A DNA stretch of 64,000 nucleotides from Octopus vulgaris (GCA_951406725.2 OX597825.1:79980001-80044000), one strand, 5' to 3'. Shown: positions 1 through 12,601, numbered from the stretch's first letter. Notes: a model not told the origin generated them from the letters alone. A program made the numbers and translations.

Positions 1-179
1 TGCTGGTATAGTCATGTGATGCAGCTGCATAAAGAAGTGCTGATCTATAAATGTGTATCAAAATTTCATGCTTATATTTGTAGAGTTAAGGAAGTTATAA
101 GAAATTGGAACCCGTCAGTGACTTTTGGGACACCCTGTATGATGTTATATAATATTGTATGTGCTTCCATATCTTTCAG

Positions 180-378
180 ATTCAGAAGAAGAAACTGCTC
201 TAATTCTTTGCATCCAAGATGAAAGAGGTTTACAGTTGACAAGTGCTGTTTTTGAGTCAATGCTTTCTCTAGAATTTTCTTCTATCTTTTACCTTCTAAG
301 TGAAGCAATGCTGCACCCTCTCAAAGGAAAATCCCGCAAACCTCGTTGTTTGACTTGCAACTCAGCTGACCTCTTCCA
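180..378 (+). CDS. ZMYND15: ZMYND15-like MYND zinc-finger protein, first coding exon visible in the window (gene starts upstream)
   Basis: ctttcag|A acceptor and CA|gtaagt donor. Reads (D)SEEETALILCIQDERGLQL...LHPLKGKSRKPRCLTCNSADLF(Q); phase 2 joins in frame to the exon at 1539. Confidence 0.8.
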
Positions 379-913
379 GTAAGTCTTTTTTTTTTTTTTC
401 TGTTGGTGTGAATGTTGTTCGTTTGTCATAGGAGAACCCATGAAGCTGAGCAAAATCGCAGACATGGCAGATACCAGTGTCACGCAAATGGCATTCGTGC
501 CAGTGGCATGTAAAAGCAGCCATTATATTCTTGGAGTGGTTTGTATTAGGAAGGGCATCCAGCTGTAGAAAACCATACCAAATCAGACTTTTTCATGATG
601 CAGCCTTCCAGCGTGCCAGCCCAGTCAAACCATCCAACCCATGCCAGCATGGACAACGGACGTTAAATGATGATGATCATCATCATACATATATATGTAT
701 TTGTGTTTCTGTTTTTGTCTCTGCCACCATTGCTTGACAATCGATGTTGGTGTGTTTACATCCCTGTATCTTATAGGTTTAGCAAAAGAAACCAATAGAA
801 TAAGTACTAGGCTTACAAAGAATAAGTTTTGGGGTCGATTCGTTTGACTAAAGGTGATGCTCCAGCATGGCTGCTGTCAAATGACTGAAACAAGTACAAA
901 AGATAAAAGATTT

Positions 914-963
<50 letters not shown>

Positions 964-1538
964 CTTTTATCATTTACTTGTTTCAGTCATTAGAATGTGG
1001 CCATGCTGGGGCACCACCTTGAATTTCTTTTTAATCAAAGGAATCAACCCCAATTCTTTTTTCTTTAAATGGAGTACTTATTGTATTGGTTTCTTTTGCT
1101 AATACAATAGGGATGTAAACACACCAACACTGGTTGTCAAGCAATGGTTAGGGACTAACACAGACACAAAGATATACATACATAGATATGCATATATACA
1201 AAGGGCTTCATTTAGTTTCCATCTACCAAATCCACTCACAAGGCTTTGGTTGGCTCGAGGCTATAATAGAAGACACTTGCCCAAGGTGCCATGCAGTGGG
1301 ACTGAACCTGGAACCATGTTGTTGGGAAGCAAGCTTCTAACTGCACAGACTACATTTGTGCCTAGTTTGTACTTCATGTATAAAACCCCCAATATTGGAA
1401 TGCATGAAGCTGTAATTCTGTTTCAGTTGTATTGCATTTTGTGGTTTTAGAATATAATTAGTTGTGAAAGCTGATGCCAGGTTGGTGTGTCGAATGAAAA
1501 TTCTATTTCATCCATATTCTTTGTGTTTCTCATTGCAG

Positions 1539-1691
1539 ACGTTTGAAATCAGGACACAGCAAACTGGATGAGATTTGTCTTCCGATATTCTATGGCAGTG
1601 ACGTCGTTGTTCCAGCTCGTTCTCAGACTCCCTTGTTCTATCAGTGCAGTACTTGTCATATCAGAGCAACACCAGATTACTTCCAGACTTG
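1539..1691 (+). CDS. ZMYND15: ZMYND15-like exon, first CxxC of the MYND finger
   Basis: cattgcag|A acceptor and TG|gtaagt donor. Reads RLKSGHSKLDEICLPIFYGSDVVVPARSQTPLFYQCSTCHIRATPDYFQT(C); phase 2-2. Too short to appear in the ORF track. Confidence 0.88.
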
Positions 1692-3939
1692 GTAAGTCTC
1701 TTGAGCTTCTAGGGCAAGCTATCTCCAAATAATTGCTCCTATATTTATGCTACTTATGGGTAATTGCCCACTGTGCCACTGAACGATTTCCTCAATTAAA
1801 AATGATTTAAGGAAAAAAGCAAAACAGTGTAAATACAAATAAATCCTAACAGAAACTAATTAGGCTTATATTGTCATGTCGTATCTGTTATTCAAGTAGT
1901 ATAATTACCTAATAATAAGCTATATACCATTATATCATTGTAATTAGTGCTGGTGCCACATAAAAAGCACTCAGTTCACTCTTTGGGGTGCTTGATGTTA
2001 GGAAGGACATCCAACTGTAAAAACCCTGCCAAAACAGACACAGTAGCTTGGGGAAGTCTTCTGCATGGCCAGCTCCTGTCAGACTGCCCAATTCATGCCA
2101 GCATGGAAGGTGGACATTAAACAATGATGATGATATCGTAAAAGCACTCTGTCCACTCTGCTGGGTTTTTGGCATTAGGAAGGACATCCAGCTACCAAAA
2201 CAGACACAAATGCCTGGTGCAGTCTTCTGCCCGGCAAGCTCCTGTCAAACCGTCCAACCCATGCCAGCATGGAAGACAGATGTAAAACGATGATGACAAA
2301 TTATGCTACTAAATTTATAAATTGAGGGCTGTGCACATAATGTCTGCAGGTCCTGGTGATAAGACACAATGTCAGTGATGAGAGACTAATGAGATAGTAG
2401 ACTTGGGTGGCTCTACAGAAGCAGTGGCCAAAGTAGTAACAGTAGAGTGAGGCGACAGCCAGAGGCTGGAGTGGTGGCAAGCAAAACATGCACATCTATA
2501 AAGTGGTCTTTTTGTAGGGAGCACAGAGTTTAGAGTCTTGGAACTAAAATCCCGTGTGTTACTCTTCTCGAGAGAAAAAGGCAAACAATATATTGGAAGG
2601 GTTAAATGGCTGGAGATCTGGAAAATAGCGTCAACAACAAAAGAATTAGTCCAAAAGCAATAACGATCTTGTTTATTCTATAAAGTAAAAACAGTCTTAA
2701 ATGAACAGCATATGTCACTTGAAAGTAACCGATTATCATTTAAAAGAAATTTGATTTAATTAGGCAAGAATCTTGTACTTTCACCAACGGCACATGCAAC
2801 CTGGAAGACTTTGTCAGTCGAAAAATTCACTTTAAACCCTGAACAGAAACGAAAAACCGGTTTTCTTTTGTCAATGATTCGCAGTGAAACTACCAACGAA
2901 GTAATTACAGAGTTATTTCCCCTGTATAACTAATTTTTCTGTGCAACGAAGATGTCATGTTTAAACAGTATTTGCCGTCGATTCTTAGATTGTTATGCTC
3001 CCTGATCAAATTTCAAGGACCTTGCTCAATCCATAGTCATTAATCTGAAGACTACAGATAGAATAATTTTAGACTTTATAAATTCAGGAAAATGAACAGT
3101 CTTACTCAAAGGTGGTAGATGTAATATGAATGTTGATAGTCTGTGTCAATTTCTACCTCGTAAAAAAAAATATCAGCCTGTCACCTCCTTGAAGATAAAC
3201 GAAGACGAGGTTGGATTTTCACAAAATCTATGAGTAAATGATGTTTTAATGTTATATTTTCTATTATATAAATATCTTTTGAGTTGATCTCACTATGAAA
3301 ATGCTGTTCTCACTATGAAGTAGCCAAGTCTCATTTTGAAATTATTGATCTTGCTTTGAATTGGCAATGGTTCGTTTTAACCCTTTCGTTACCATATTTC
3401 TGTTAAAATACGCTGTCTTTGTTTTAATTAACTTTGAAACTGGTAGAATCATTAGCATGCTAAGCAAAATACTAATCATCATTTCGTCTATCTTTCTGTG
3501 AAGTGGTTGGCATTAGGAAGAGCATCCAGCTGCAGAAACCATGCCAAAACAGACATTGGAGCTTGGCAGAGTCCTCTGGCTTACCAGCTCCTGCCAGACC
3601 ATCCATGCCAGCATAGAAAACGGATGTTAAATGATGATGGTCATGATGGAATCATAACTTGGTGATATTCTTAATTTTCCACTCTCAGAGTAGATAGCAT
3701 TCGTTAATTATTGTCACAATTGATCTAGCTTTGATGTGTTATACCAAAATTAATTACATTCCTTCTCCAACAGCATGGACTCTTGTGGGAAGTTGATAAA
3801 ATAAGCATCAGTCAAGTACTGGGGGTCGATGTAATCAACTAGCCCCCCCTTCCCCGCCTCCCCCAATTTCAGGCCTTGTGCCTATAATACAAAAGATTAT
3901 TATTGTCATTGTTATTTCCTTGTTTGTTTTTTTTTGTAG

Positions 3940-4109
3940 CAATCAATGCAAGTCTGTGAGATATTGTAGTGAGAAGTGCCAGTTGATAGACTTGAATGGT
4001 CTAGTGCCAGGAGATCCCAAAAGTTCTCATCAAGAATGGTGCCTCAAAATGCAGACTTACCAAGAAGTCACAGACACTTTGGCTGATCTTCCATTTAATT
4101 ATAATAAAG
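3940..4109 (+). CDS. ZMYND15: ZMYND15-like exon, MYND finger core
   Basis: Poly-T tract + tag| acceptor. Reads CNQCKSVRYCSEKCQ...SSHQEWCLKMQTYQEVTDTLADLPFNYNK, matching MYND CxxC-x4-YCxxxC...HxxWC and the ZMYND15-type LPF motif. Donor G|gtggct is weak. Confidence 0.9.
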
Positions 4110-4469
4110 GTGGCTTTTTATATATTTATTTCTTACTTTATTCATTAGTATTAATGCTATGGGGTAGATTATTTATAAGATTTATGAATAAAGGTAAAAG
4201 TAAGATAGAAGCAGAAAGGTTGAGTGATATAATGTGGTACTGAAAGATCATGTTGTGAGAGTCACTTTGGTGTTTCTTGTCTGTTTGGGCAGCATGCTTC
4301 ATTTGAATCTAATGAAATTGTAGTCATGGCTGATGCCAGTGCCACCTGACTGGCACCCATGCTGGTGGCACGTGAAAAGCACCATTCGAGTGTGGTTGAT
4401 GCTAGTGTCGCCTGACTGGCATGTAAAAAACACCAACTGCACTCTGAGTGGTTGATATTAGGAAGGGCA

Positions 4470-4523
<54 letters not shown>

Positions 4524-5112
4524 ACGTATTCACCTCCACTTCATACTTTCATATCCCCCCAACACAATACTCCGCTCACTTGGAGTGGGGTAGTTGTCCT
4601 GTCTTGCTGGTACTTGGTGACCTCACCAGTGCTGGTGCCACCAAAAAAGCACCCAGTACACTTTGTAAAGGAGTTGACACAGGTACTGGAACTCATTTTT
4701 GGTCTACTGGCTTGTCTGTTCTTGTCCAATTTATGTCAGCATGGAACAGAGGGCATTAAATGGTGGTGGTAATTGCTGCCATCATCATCATCATCATCGT
4801 TTAACGTCTGCTTTCCATGCTAGCATGGGTTGGATGGTTCGACCGGGGTCTGGGAAGCCAGGAGGCTGCACCAGGCCCAGTCTTGCCTCAACAGGTCTTC
4901 CATCTAATAATTCTTATATCCTTCTACTGCAAAAACAGGTATTTCGCACATATAATTTTATTTTGCTGCCATGACAACCCAAGATCCTTTCTCCAGTTAA
5001 ATTAGTTCTGTATCAGAATATTGAATTAGTCATCGCTCATCCCTCTACCTCACCTCCTCCCTTTTCACTATCATTCATTTACTGAAAAGATATTTATTTT
5101 TCATGTTAATAT

Positions 5113-5478
5113 AGGCGCAGGAGTGGCTGTGTGGTAAGTAACTTGCTTACAAACCACATGGATCTGCATTCAGTCCCACTGTGTGGCGCCTTGGGCAAGT
5201 GTCTTCTACTATATCCTCAGGTCGACCAAAGCCCTGTGAGTGGATTTGGTAGACAGAAACTGAAAGAAGCCCATTGTATATATGTATATGTTTGTGTGTC
5301 AGTTTGTCCCCCCCCACTCAACATCGTTTGACAACTGATGCTAGTATGTTTACGTCCCTGTAGCTTAGCAGTTCAGCAAAAGCGACCGACAGAATAAGTG
5401 CTGGGATCGATTTGCTTGACTAAAGGTGGTGCTCCAGCATGGCCACAGTCAAATGACTGAAACAAATAAAAAAAAAAT
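5113..5478 (+). mobile_element. tRNA-derived SINE, family A (near full length)
   Basis: Head ggcgcaggagtggctgtgtggtaag with A/B-box-like motifs, internal TG/TA tract and tail ...gactgaaacaa + A-run. About a dozen copies in the window. Confidence 0.8.
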
Positions 5479-5693
5479 ATAAATTTCTTGTTTTACTATT
5501 TGCAATCAAATTCCAGCAGGGCCAACTTTGCTTTCATCTTTTCGGGGTTGATGAAATAAATGCTAGTTATACATTGGAGTTGAATTAATTGACTTAACCG
5601 CCCGCTCCCTAAATTGCTGGCCTTGTGCCAAAATTCGAAATCAATATTAATTTCTTGTACAAATTGAAATTATTAACAATTATCTTTCTTTAG

Positions 5694-5816
5694 AGACTAC
5701 ATCTCAAGATTTCACACCCCAAAAATATCAAGAATTTCTGGTTCTTCATGGAGTTTACAATATTGGTGTTTGGCGCTATGAATGTCCTTCAAAGCAGTTC
5801 TCAGTTTGGGAATATG
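5694..5816 (+). CDS. ZMYND15: ZMYND15-like exon (123 nt, phase 1-1)
   Basis: tctttctttag| acceptor and G|gtgagt donor. Reads ETTSQDFTPQKYQEFLVLHGVYNIGVWRYECPSKQFSVWEY, in frame with both neighbours. Confidence 0.88.
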
Positions 5817-6366
5817 GTGAGTGTAAAACTGTATCATTATGAGATGAATATCAGATTTATTTATTCATTTGTCTTTTAGAGGGGCCGTGTGTATGTGTGT
5901 GTGTGTATGTATATATGTGTGTGTATGTATGTACATATGTGTATGTCCATGTGTGTGTATGTATGTTTATGTATACATGTGTGTGTGTCATCATCATTTA
6001 ATGTCTGTTTTCCATGCTGGCATGAGGTGGACAGTTTGACAGGAGCTGCCCAGCTTCCATGTCTGTTTTGGCATGGTTTCTGCAGCTGGATGCCCTTCCT
6101 AACACCAACCACTTTACAGAGTGTATTGGGTGCTCTTTTACCCAGCACCACCATGAGTGCCTCTATGTGGCACCAGCACAGATGTCTTTTAGGTGGCACC
6201 CAGCACCCACAGGCCTGCAAGATTAAGATAGCTCAGCTGGAGAGGAGTGCAGGAGACATGCCTAAATGCAAAGACAACCACAACTTCACTTAACTTCATG
6301 TCTCTTCTCAAGCAAAGCACACCACAGGAGTCTCAGTTCCTTGTTGTCCCCTCTCTGAGGTAGTCT

Positions 6367-6575
6367 TTTACTTGTTTCAGCCACCCGACTGTGGCCATGC
6401 TGGAGCACCACCTTTAGCCGAGCAAATCAACCCCCAAGACTTATTCTTTGTGAGCCTACTACTTATTCTATTGGTCTCTTTTACCGAACCGCTAAGTTAT
6501 GGGGACGTAAACACACCACCATCGGTTGTCAAGCAAAGGTGGGTGGACAAACGCAGACACACAAATACACACACA

Positions 6576-6618
<43 letters not shown>

Positions 6619-6776
6619 GACAGGCTTCTTTCAGTTTTCATCTACCAAATCCACTTACAAGGCCTTGATCAGCCCGAGACTATGGTAGAAGACACTTGCT
6701 CAAGGTGCCATACAGTGGGACTGAACCTGGAATCATATGGTTGGAAAGCAAGATTCTTACCACACAGCCACTCCTA
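6367..6776 (-). mobile_element. SINE family A, inverted copy
   Basis: Reverse complement of the 5113 element. Another minus copy lies at about 970-1350. Confidence 0.8.
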
Positions 6777-6784
6777 TGTATATG

Positions 6785-7000
6785 TTCTTTTCTACTCTAG
6801 GCACAAGGCCCTAATTTTTGGAGGAAGGGTCTAGTTGATTAGATCAACTGCAGTACGCAACTGGTACTTAATTTATCAGCTCTGAAAGGATGAAAGGCAA
6901 AGTTGACCTCTGTGGAATTTAAACCCAGAACATAAAGACAGATGAAATACCGCTAAGCATTTCGCCTGGCATGCTAACGTTTCTACCAGCTCCCCGCCTT
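6785..7000 (-). mobile_element. SINE family B (gagctggcagaatcgttagc...ccgaggtcgactttgcctttcatcc core)
   Basis: Core repeated at about 5500-5640, 8055-8190, 19170-19600, 28498-28680, 29335-29520, 38665-39030 and 51380-52110. Confidence 0.75.
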
Positions 7001-7057
7001 ACTCTTATGTATATATTAATTATAGGTGAACTTAATTTGTATTATTATTGATTACAG

Positions 7058-7288
7058 GTGAACTTACAGAAGTTGATTTTCCATTTGTTTTGGTCGAAGA
7101 ACGAGAACTAGGATGTCCATCAGGATTGAAACAGCTACAACACGCACAGCAAACAGAGATAGGGGACATTGCCAACTGGTTTTCCTACTACAAATGGCGT
7201 TCATTTAGCCTCGACAGCCCCATTGCTATCCTCCTCACCTACCCTTTGACCCTTTTTTACATCATAACTTCATGTCTTCAACTACATT
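7058..7288 (+). CDS. ZMYND15: ZMYND15-like exon, MSS51-type domain
   Basis: attacag| acceptor and T|gtaagg donor. Contains NWFSYYKWRSFSLDSPIAILLTYPLTLFYII, the W-x2-YY-x-WR-x2-SLDSPIA-x-LLTYPLT signature of ZMYND15/MSS51. Confidence 0.93.
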
Positions 7289-8299
7289 GTAAGGAACAGA
7301 GATTTTTTTTGGTTTCAATTTTATTGTGTGTGTGATTTTGTTTGTTTACATAATGGTTTCTTTTCATTTTGGCATAAGGCCAGCAATTTTCCAGGAAGGG
7401 AAGTAAGTTGCTTAGTACTTTATATGTACTTCATTTTGTACTTTGTCAGCCCCTGAAGGATAAAAGATAAAGTTGCCTGTGGCAGAATTTGAACTCAGAA
7501 TCTAAACGACTCACCATCCACTTCTCTCAAAGTAGCTAACCCGAACGTGGCTGATGCCAGCGCTGCCTTGACTGGCCCCTGTGCTGGTGGCACGTAAAAA
7601 ACGCCCACTACACTCTTGGAGTGGTTGGCGTTAGGAAGGACATCAAGCTGTAGAACTATTGCCAGATCAGATAGGAGCCTGGTGCATCCTCCTGGTTTCC
7701 CAGACCCTAGTTGATCCGTCCAATCCATGCCAGCATGGAAAACAGACGTTAAACAATGATGATGATGATGATGTTGTTAGGCCTTGTTGGTTTTCCTGCC
7801 TCTGTTCCCAGACTTGCTCCTAAATAAAACCTCTTCTTGTTTTAATAGTTTGTCTTTCTAATGTCCCCTCATCCACCAGCATTTATTGAGGTGTTATTAT
7901 TGTAAATGAAGATGTCCTATATTTCTTGTGTCACATTTATGATATTACCAAGTCTTTGTTAAACTCATATCTTTGTTGTGTTGCTATTTCTGTCAATACC
8001 AACGTCCTGTCTTTGTTCTGTCATATTTATGATGTTGTTTGCCGCTCGATTCCAAATTCAAATTCTGCTGAGATCGACTTTACCTTTCATCCTTTTGGGT
8101 TCAATTAAATAAGTACCAGTTACACACTGGGGTCGATGTAATCAACTTACCCTCTCCCTGCAAATTTCAGCTCTTGTGCCTATAATAGAAAGGATATTTA
8201 TGATGTTTTCTTATTTTAGTTCTCGTGTTGTTATTACTGTTGATGACAGCATAACCTTGTTGTTTAGGAGTAAATATTCCCTTTCTTTCCAAACTGCAG

Positions 8300-8388
8300 A
8301 TCCAAATTTTGGCATAGAACTTCCCAAACAATTGGTGGTTCATGTGATTGGTGCTGAGAAAGAAGCTGATATGTTTCATTATTTCAAG
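8300..8388 (+). CDS. ZMYND15: ZMYND15-like exon
   Basis: ctgcag| acceptor and AAG|gtaaca donor. Reads YPNFGIELPKQLVVHVIGAEKEADMFHYFK (HV-x-GAEKE motif). Confidence 0.9.
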
Positions 8389-8401
8389 GTAACAGACTTA
8401 A

Positions 8402-8621
8402 CCCATTAGCATGCAGATTACTCCGTCAAATCTAACGCTTATTTATTCACATTGTTTTGAATTACTTATGCATTATCGTACAGCTTTCAGATTTCAGTGA
8501 AGTAACTGTTTATTTTTAGAATGACATTGTAGGGCAGGTGTAAGAGGCTTGATATGACCAGTTTGAGCATAAAGCAGGAAAAATATTTGGGCCAGAAATG
8601 GCTGGTTTAAATACTGAAGGG
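8402..8621. mobile_element. piggyBac-type MITE
   Basis: TTAA|CCCATTAGCAT...ATACTGAAGGG|TTAA, i.e. CCC/GGG termini with a TTAA duplication. Confidence 0.7.
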
Positions 8622-9778
8622 TTAACTGTTTTAATATTTGACATTTTTAAATTCTGATTTGAGACAGAAGTCAACAACAGTCTCCCTCATGGCATTTGAA
8701 CTCCATATCTGTCATTTGCTGGGTGACCACTCTTCTGATTACATTGCAGGGGACTACCATTCCCTTTCTCTCAAATTAGATGCTTTAGCAGGATCCACAC
8801 CATTTTTTTCAAGCAGCCTGGGTCATTTTTAGTGTGTGAACTTGATATTTGGTGCAGGAATTTCAGTGTATTTAAGACATTTATTTGATAATCACATGGT
8901 TTGGGGTTCCATTCTTCTATACAACACTTTGAGCTAGCAGCTTCTGCTTTTGCCCTTGGCCAGCCAATGCTTTTTGAGTGAATTCCATTGGTGGTAGTAA
9001 GACCATCGCCATGTGTGTCTGTGTGCACAAGCATTTCAGTAGTCATCATGTGAGCAAGAAGTACTGATGTTCACATTGTAACTATTCACTCTGCACTTTC
9101 AAATAAACTTAGGAAAATAAATGTCCCTTAACCTGGGAACTGGATGAGCATTCAACCATAAATTCTTGCCTCAAATATTTCCTTATCTAACTCATGCTAG
9201 TCTATAAAAAAAAAATATGTTAAATGGATGAACAAACTTGTTTCTATTATTTTAACTGTATTACTCAATTTCCACAAGATAATTCATCAGTCACTTAGTG
9301 CTAGCAGGCTGGGTTATTATACTATTGCCCATTAAAGCAAGGTGTGTTCCTTTGATTCAATGTTTGCAACAAGAAATAGCCTCAAGAATAGAATTATGAA
9401 TCAAATATTGAGACATTAATGTAAATGATATTAGACATTATAAATTACAATTTTAGACAGTAGAATTAGTAATGTAATTTTCCAGTAAGTGATAAATAAA
9501 TGATATTAATTGTCAAGTTTATGTCTCTTTATGCCTATATTCTAAAATTGTAGCCATTTGACAGGGAGCAATAAAATAAGTGCCAAAGATGTCATCAATA
9601 TAATTAAGTGCAACCCTTAATAGAATCCCCTCGGCATAGCCATGTTCCAATATTGGGAACCACTGAAATGATAAGAATTGTAGTCTTGACAAAAATTTAC
9701 AGATTAAAACAGAATTTCAAATAAACAAATATTTGAAAATTTAGTTCCTTAATTTAGATTTTGGTTTCTTCTTTTCAG

Positions 9779-9944
9779 GAACTTACATACCTGCTGCCTT
9801 CCTATTTACTGGAAATCCACCTGTATGGTAAAAAAATCTCACGTAAAGCAAATGGTTGGAAGAAGCTGGCAGACAACATGTCGTTTCAGCTGCATCGAGG
9901 ACATTGGCATAATTTCTCAGGAGAAACTCCTCATTTTGTAATCG
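9779..9944 (+). CDS. ZMYND15: ZMYND15-like exon
   Basis: cttttcag| acceptor and G|gtgagt donor. Reads ELTYLLPSYLLEIHLYG...LHRGHWHNFSGETPHFVI(G). Confidence 0.9.
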
Positions 9945-10104
9945 GTGAGTGTCATCATCATCATCATCATCATTTAACGTCCGCTTTCCATGCTAGCATG
10001 GGTTGGACGATTTGACTGAGGTCTGGCGAACCAGACTCCAATCTGATCTGGCAGAGTTTCTACAGCTGGATGCCCTTCCTAATGCCAACCACTCCGAGAG
10101 TGTA

Positions 10105-10146
<42 letters not shown>

Positions 10147-11087
10147 GTACAAATATACAGAGAGACAGACAGACAAATAGATATCTTTAACTGACTGAAA
10201 TGTGTGTGAGACTAAATTTGCCCTCCTGAATGCTGCCATAAATTTAATTATTATGACCATTTTTTTTTTTTTAACTGATATACAGTAACAATCATTTATT
10301 ATACATGAAAACATATTTTTGACATGGTGACTAATTAATTGAAATGTAAGTTTCCTGCAATCAAAGGGGATGCCAGATTGGTTTCATAAAAAGCAGAGCA
10401 AAATTATCCCCAAAATAGTGAATTATGATTATCCTTCACCTTCCCCATCGCCATACTGATATTTCCCATCATTTCCTTGCTCCTCACTCACTGCATTTAA
10501 CCTCTGACCCCTACCTCCTCTTTCCCATGACCCGCTCTACATCGTTCTCCCTAATGAGTGGCACCGGCAATGTATTAACAGCCATTAAAAAGACCCACAG
10601 AGAGTGTACTTGACAGCACTAGGGTTAGAGATCCTAACTTCACTATTAAGGGGCAGCTTGGATCTCAGGAATTTTACCCGCCCTAGAATGGTGCAGCTGA
10701 TGGCTCTCCAGACCTCAGTCAAACCGTCCAACCCATGCCAGCATGGAAAACAGACGTTAAACAATGATGATGATATATATATATGTATATATATAGTTTA
10801 CTGTGCCATTATAGGTTGGATCGAGAAAAGGGTCCTGTAACCTGTAAGAGATAAATATCATTTAATATACACAGAATCTGTAAAGGTGGAAATTCACTGT
10901 GTGGTGAAGTGTCAATTAAACCAACCCCTGTACTAGGCTTTATTCATCAACCCCAGAAGGAAGAAAGGTAAAATTCAACCTTGATGTAATTTGAACTCAA
11001 AACGTAAATATCCACAACTAAATACCATTGGCATTTCATCTGTCATTCTGACAATTCTACCATTCCACTTCCACTACTATTAAAATA

Positions 11088-11450
11088 TGGCTGTGTGGTA
11101 AGAAGTTTGCTTCCCAGTGACGTGGTTCTGGGTTCAGACCCACTGTGTGGCACCTTGGGCAAGTGTCTTTTACTATAGCCTTGGGTCAACCAATACCTTG
11201 TGAGTAGATTTGGTAAACAGAAACAGAAAGAAGCCTATTGTGTGTGTGTGTGTTTGTCCCCCATCACTGCTTGACAACCATTGTTAGTTTGTTTACATCC
11301 ATGTAACTTAGCAGTTCAGCAAAAGAGACCAATAGAATAAGTACCAAGCTTATAAAAAAATAAAGTCCTAGGGCCAAATTGTTCAACTAAAATTCCTCAA
11401 GGCAGTGCCCCAGCATGGCCACAGACTAATGACTGAAACAAGTAAATAAC
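11088..11450 (+). mobile_element. SINE family A
   Basis: Same head and tail as the 5113 copy. Confidence 0.75.
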
Positions 11451-11472
11451 AAAAGGTAAAAAGAAGCTTTAA

Positions 11473-11629
11473 CCCATTCGTTACCAACCTGGCTGAAACC
11501 GCCTCTGGCTCTGTGTACAAATGTCTTGTTTTCAATAGTTCTGAATTAAAATCTTCTACCAAACCTTAGTCACAATTTATCTTCCTAACACCAGCTTAAT
11601 GATAATTAAGAAATATGGTAACAAAAGGG
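11473..11629. mobile_element. piggyBac-type MITE (internally deleted)
   Basis: TTAA|CCCATTCGTTACCA...TGGTAACAAAAGGG|TTAA. Confidence 0.72.
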
Positions 11630-11781
11630 TTAATAAGAAAAATAATCAACAGAAGACATAAGAGAAGGAGACCTCAGAGTGGTCACTCTATATGCTAGAA
11701 ATAATAGCCTAAATGTCCTTCAATCCACACCCTTCCAACTGCTTCTAATCTCTATCTGCCCAAATGTAGAGGTGTGTTTAA

Positions 11782-11965
11782 CCCTTTCAATACCAACCCA
11801 ACTCACTAGTACAAATGTCTTGTTTTCATAAGTTTTGAATTAAAATCTTCCACCAAACCCTAGTCACAATTTATGTTCCTAACTCCAGCTTAACGAGAAC
11901 TAAGTTATTTTACTAAGTTCTTTGTTACAAATAAAGTAATTGAAAGAAATACATTAACGAAAGGG
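11782..11965. mobile_element. piggyBac-type MITE, second copy of the 11473 family
   Basis: TTAA|CCCTTTCAATACCA...AACGAAAGGG. Shares the internal block gtacaaatgtcttgttttc...ctagtcacaatttat. A related end lies at about 3377. Confidence 0.7.
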
Positions 11966-11994
11966 TTTAAGTTTGTTTATTTCTTCTTTTGCAG

Positions 11995-12053
11995 GTTTTA
12001 ATGCTGGTCTTGGTGCCTATAAATCCTGGACTGATACTCTTAAACGGCTGCAT
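11995..12053 (+). CDS. ZMYND15: ZMYND15-like exon (59 nt)
   Basis: ttcttttgcag| acceptor and CAT|gtaagt donor. Reads GFNAGLGAYKSWTDTLKRLH (GFN-x-G...W motif). Confidence 0.9.
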
Positions 12054-12601
12054 GTAAGTTTGGTACCAGGGTTTTTCCCCCTCTTTTTTTTAATTACATT
12101 TTTAATTTCTATGAAAAACTGAAAAAATAACTTTTGATTTTAATTGTTAACTGCAAACAATCTCAGCCAAACAGATCTGTTCATTATTAACAACAACAAC
12201 AATATACTGTTTTGCCAAGTGGGTTCTAACTCGTACTCCGTCCGTTATGACAATGAGGGTTCCGGTTGATCTGATCAATGGAACAGCCTGCTCATGAAAT
12301 TACCATGCAAGTGGCTGAATACTCCATAGATATGTCTACCCTTAATGTAGTTCTCAGGGAGATTCTGCGTGACACAGAGTTTGACCAGGTTGGCCCATTG
12401 AATTACAGGTATTCCTCATTTTTGCCAGCTGAGTGGACTAAACCTATCAGTTTAGATATATCAGAAGCTGTTGTTGCCTTGAAGCGTATTCTAAGGGACC
12501 GTTGTTGTCATCAAAAACAACATGGTGGTGGTGTGGCAGAATTGTTGGAGCATCAGGCATTCAGAAGCACCACAAATGGCCAACAATAAGAAACAGGAAC
12601 T

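Noticed and set aside
5113-5190. tRNA-like sequences at SINE heads (also about 56300-56369 and 57200-57270)
   Set aside because: They run into SINE bodies and do not form complete cloverleafs, so they are not tRNA genes.
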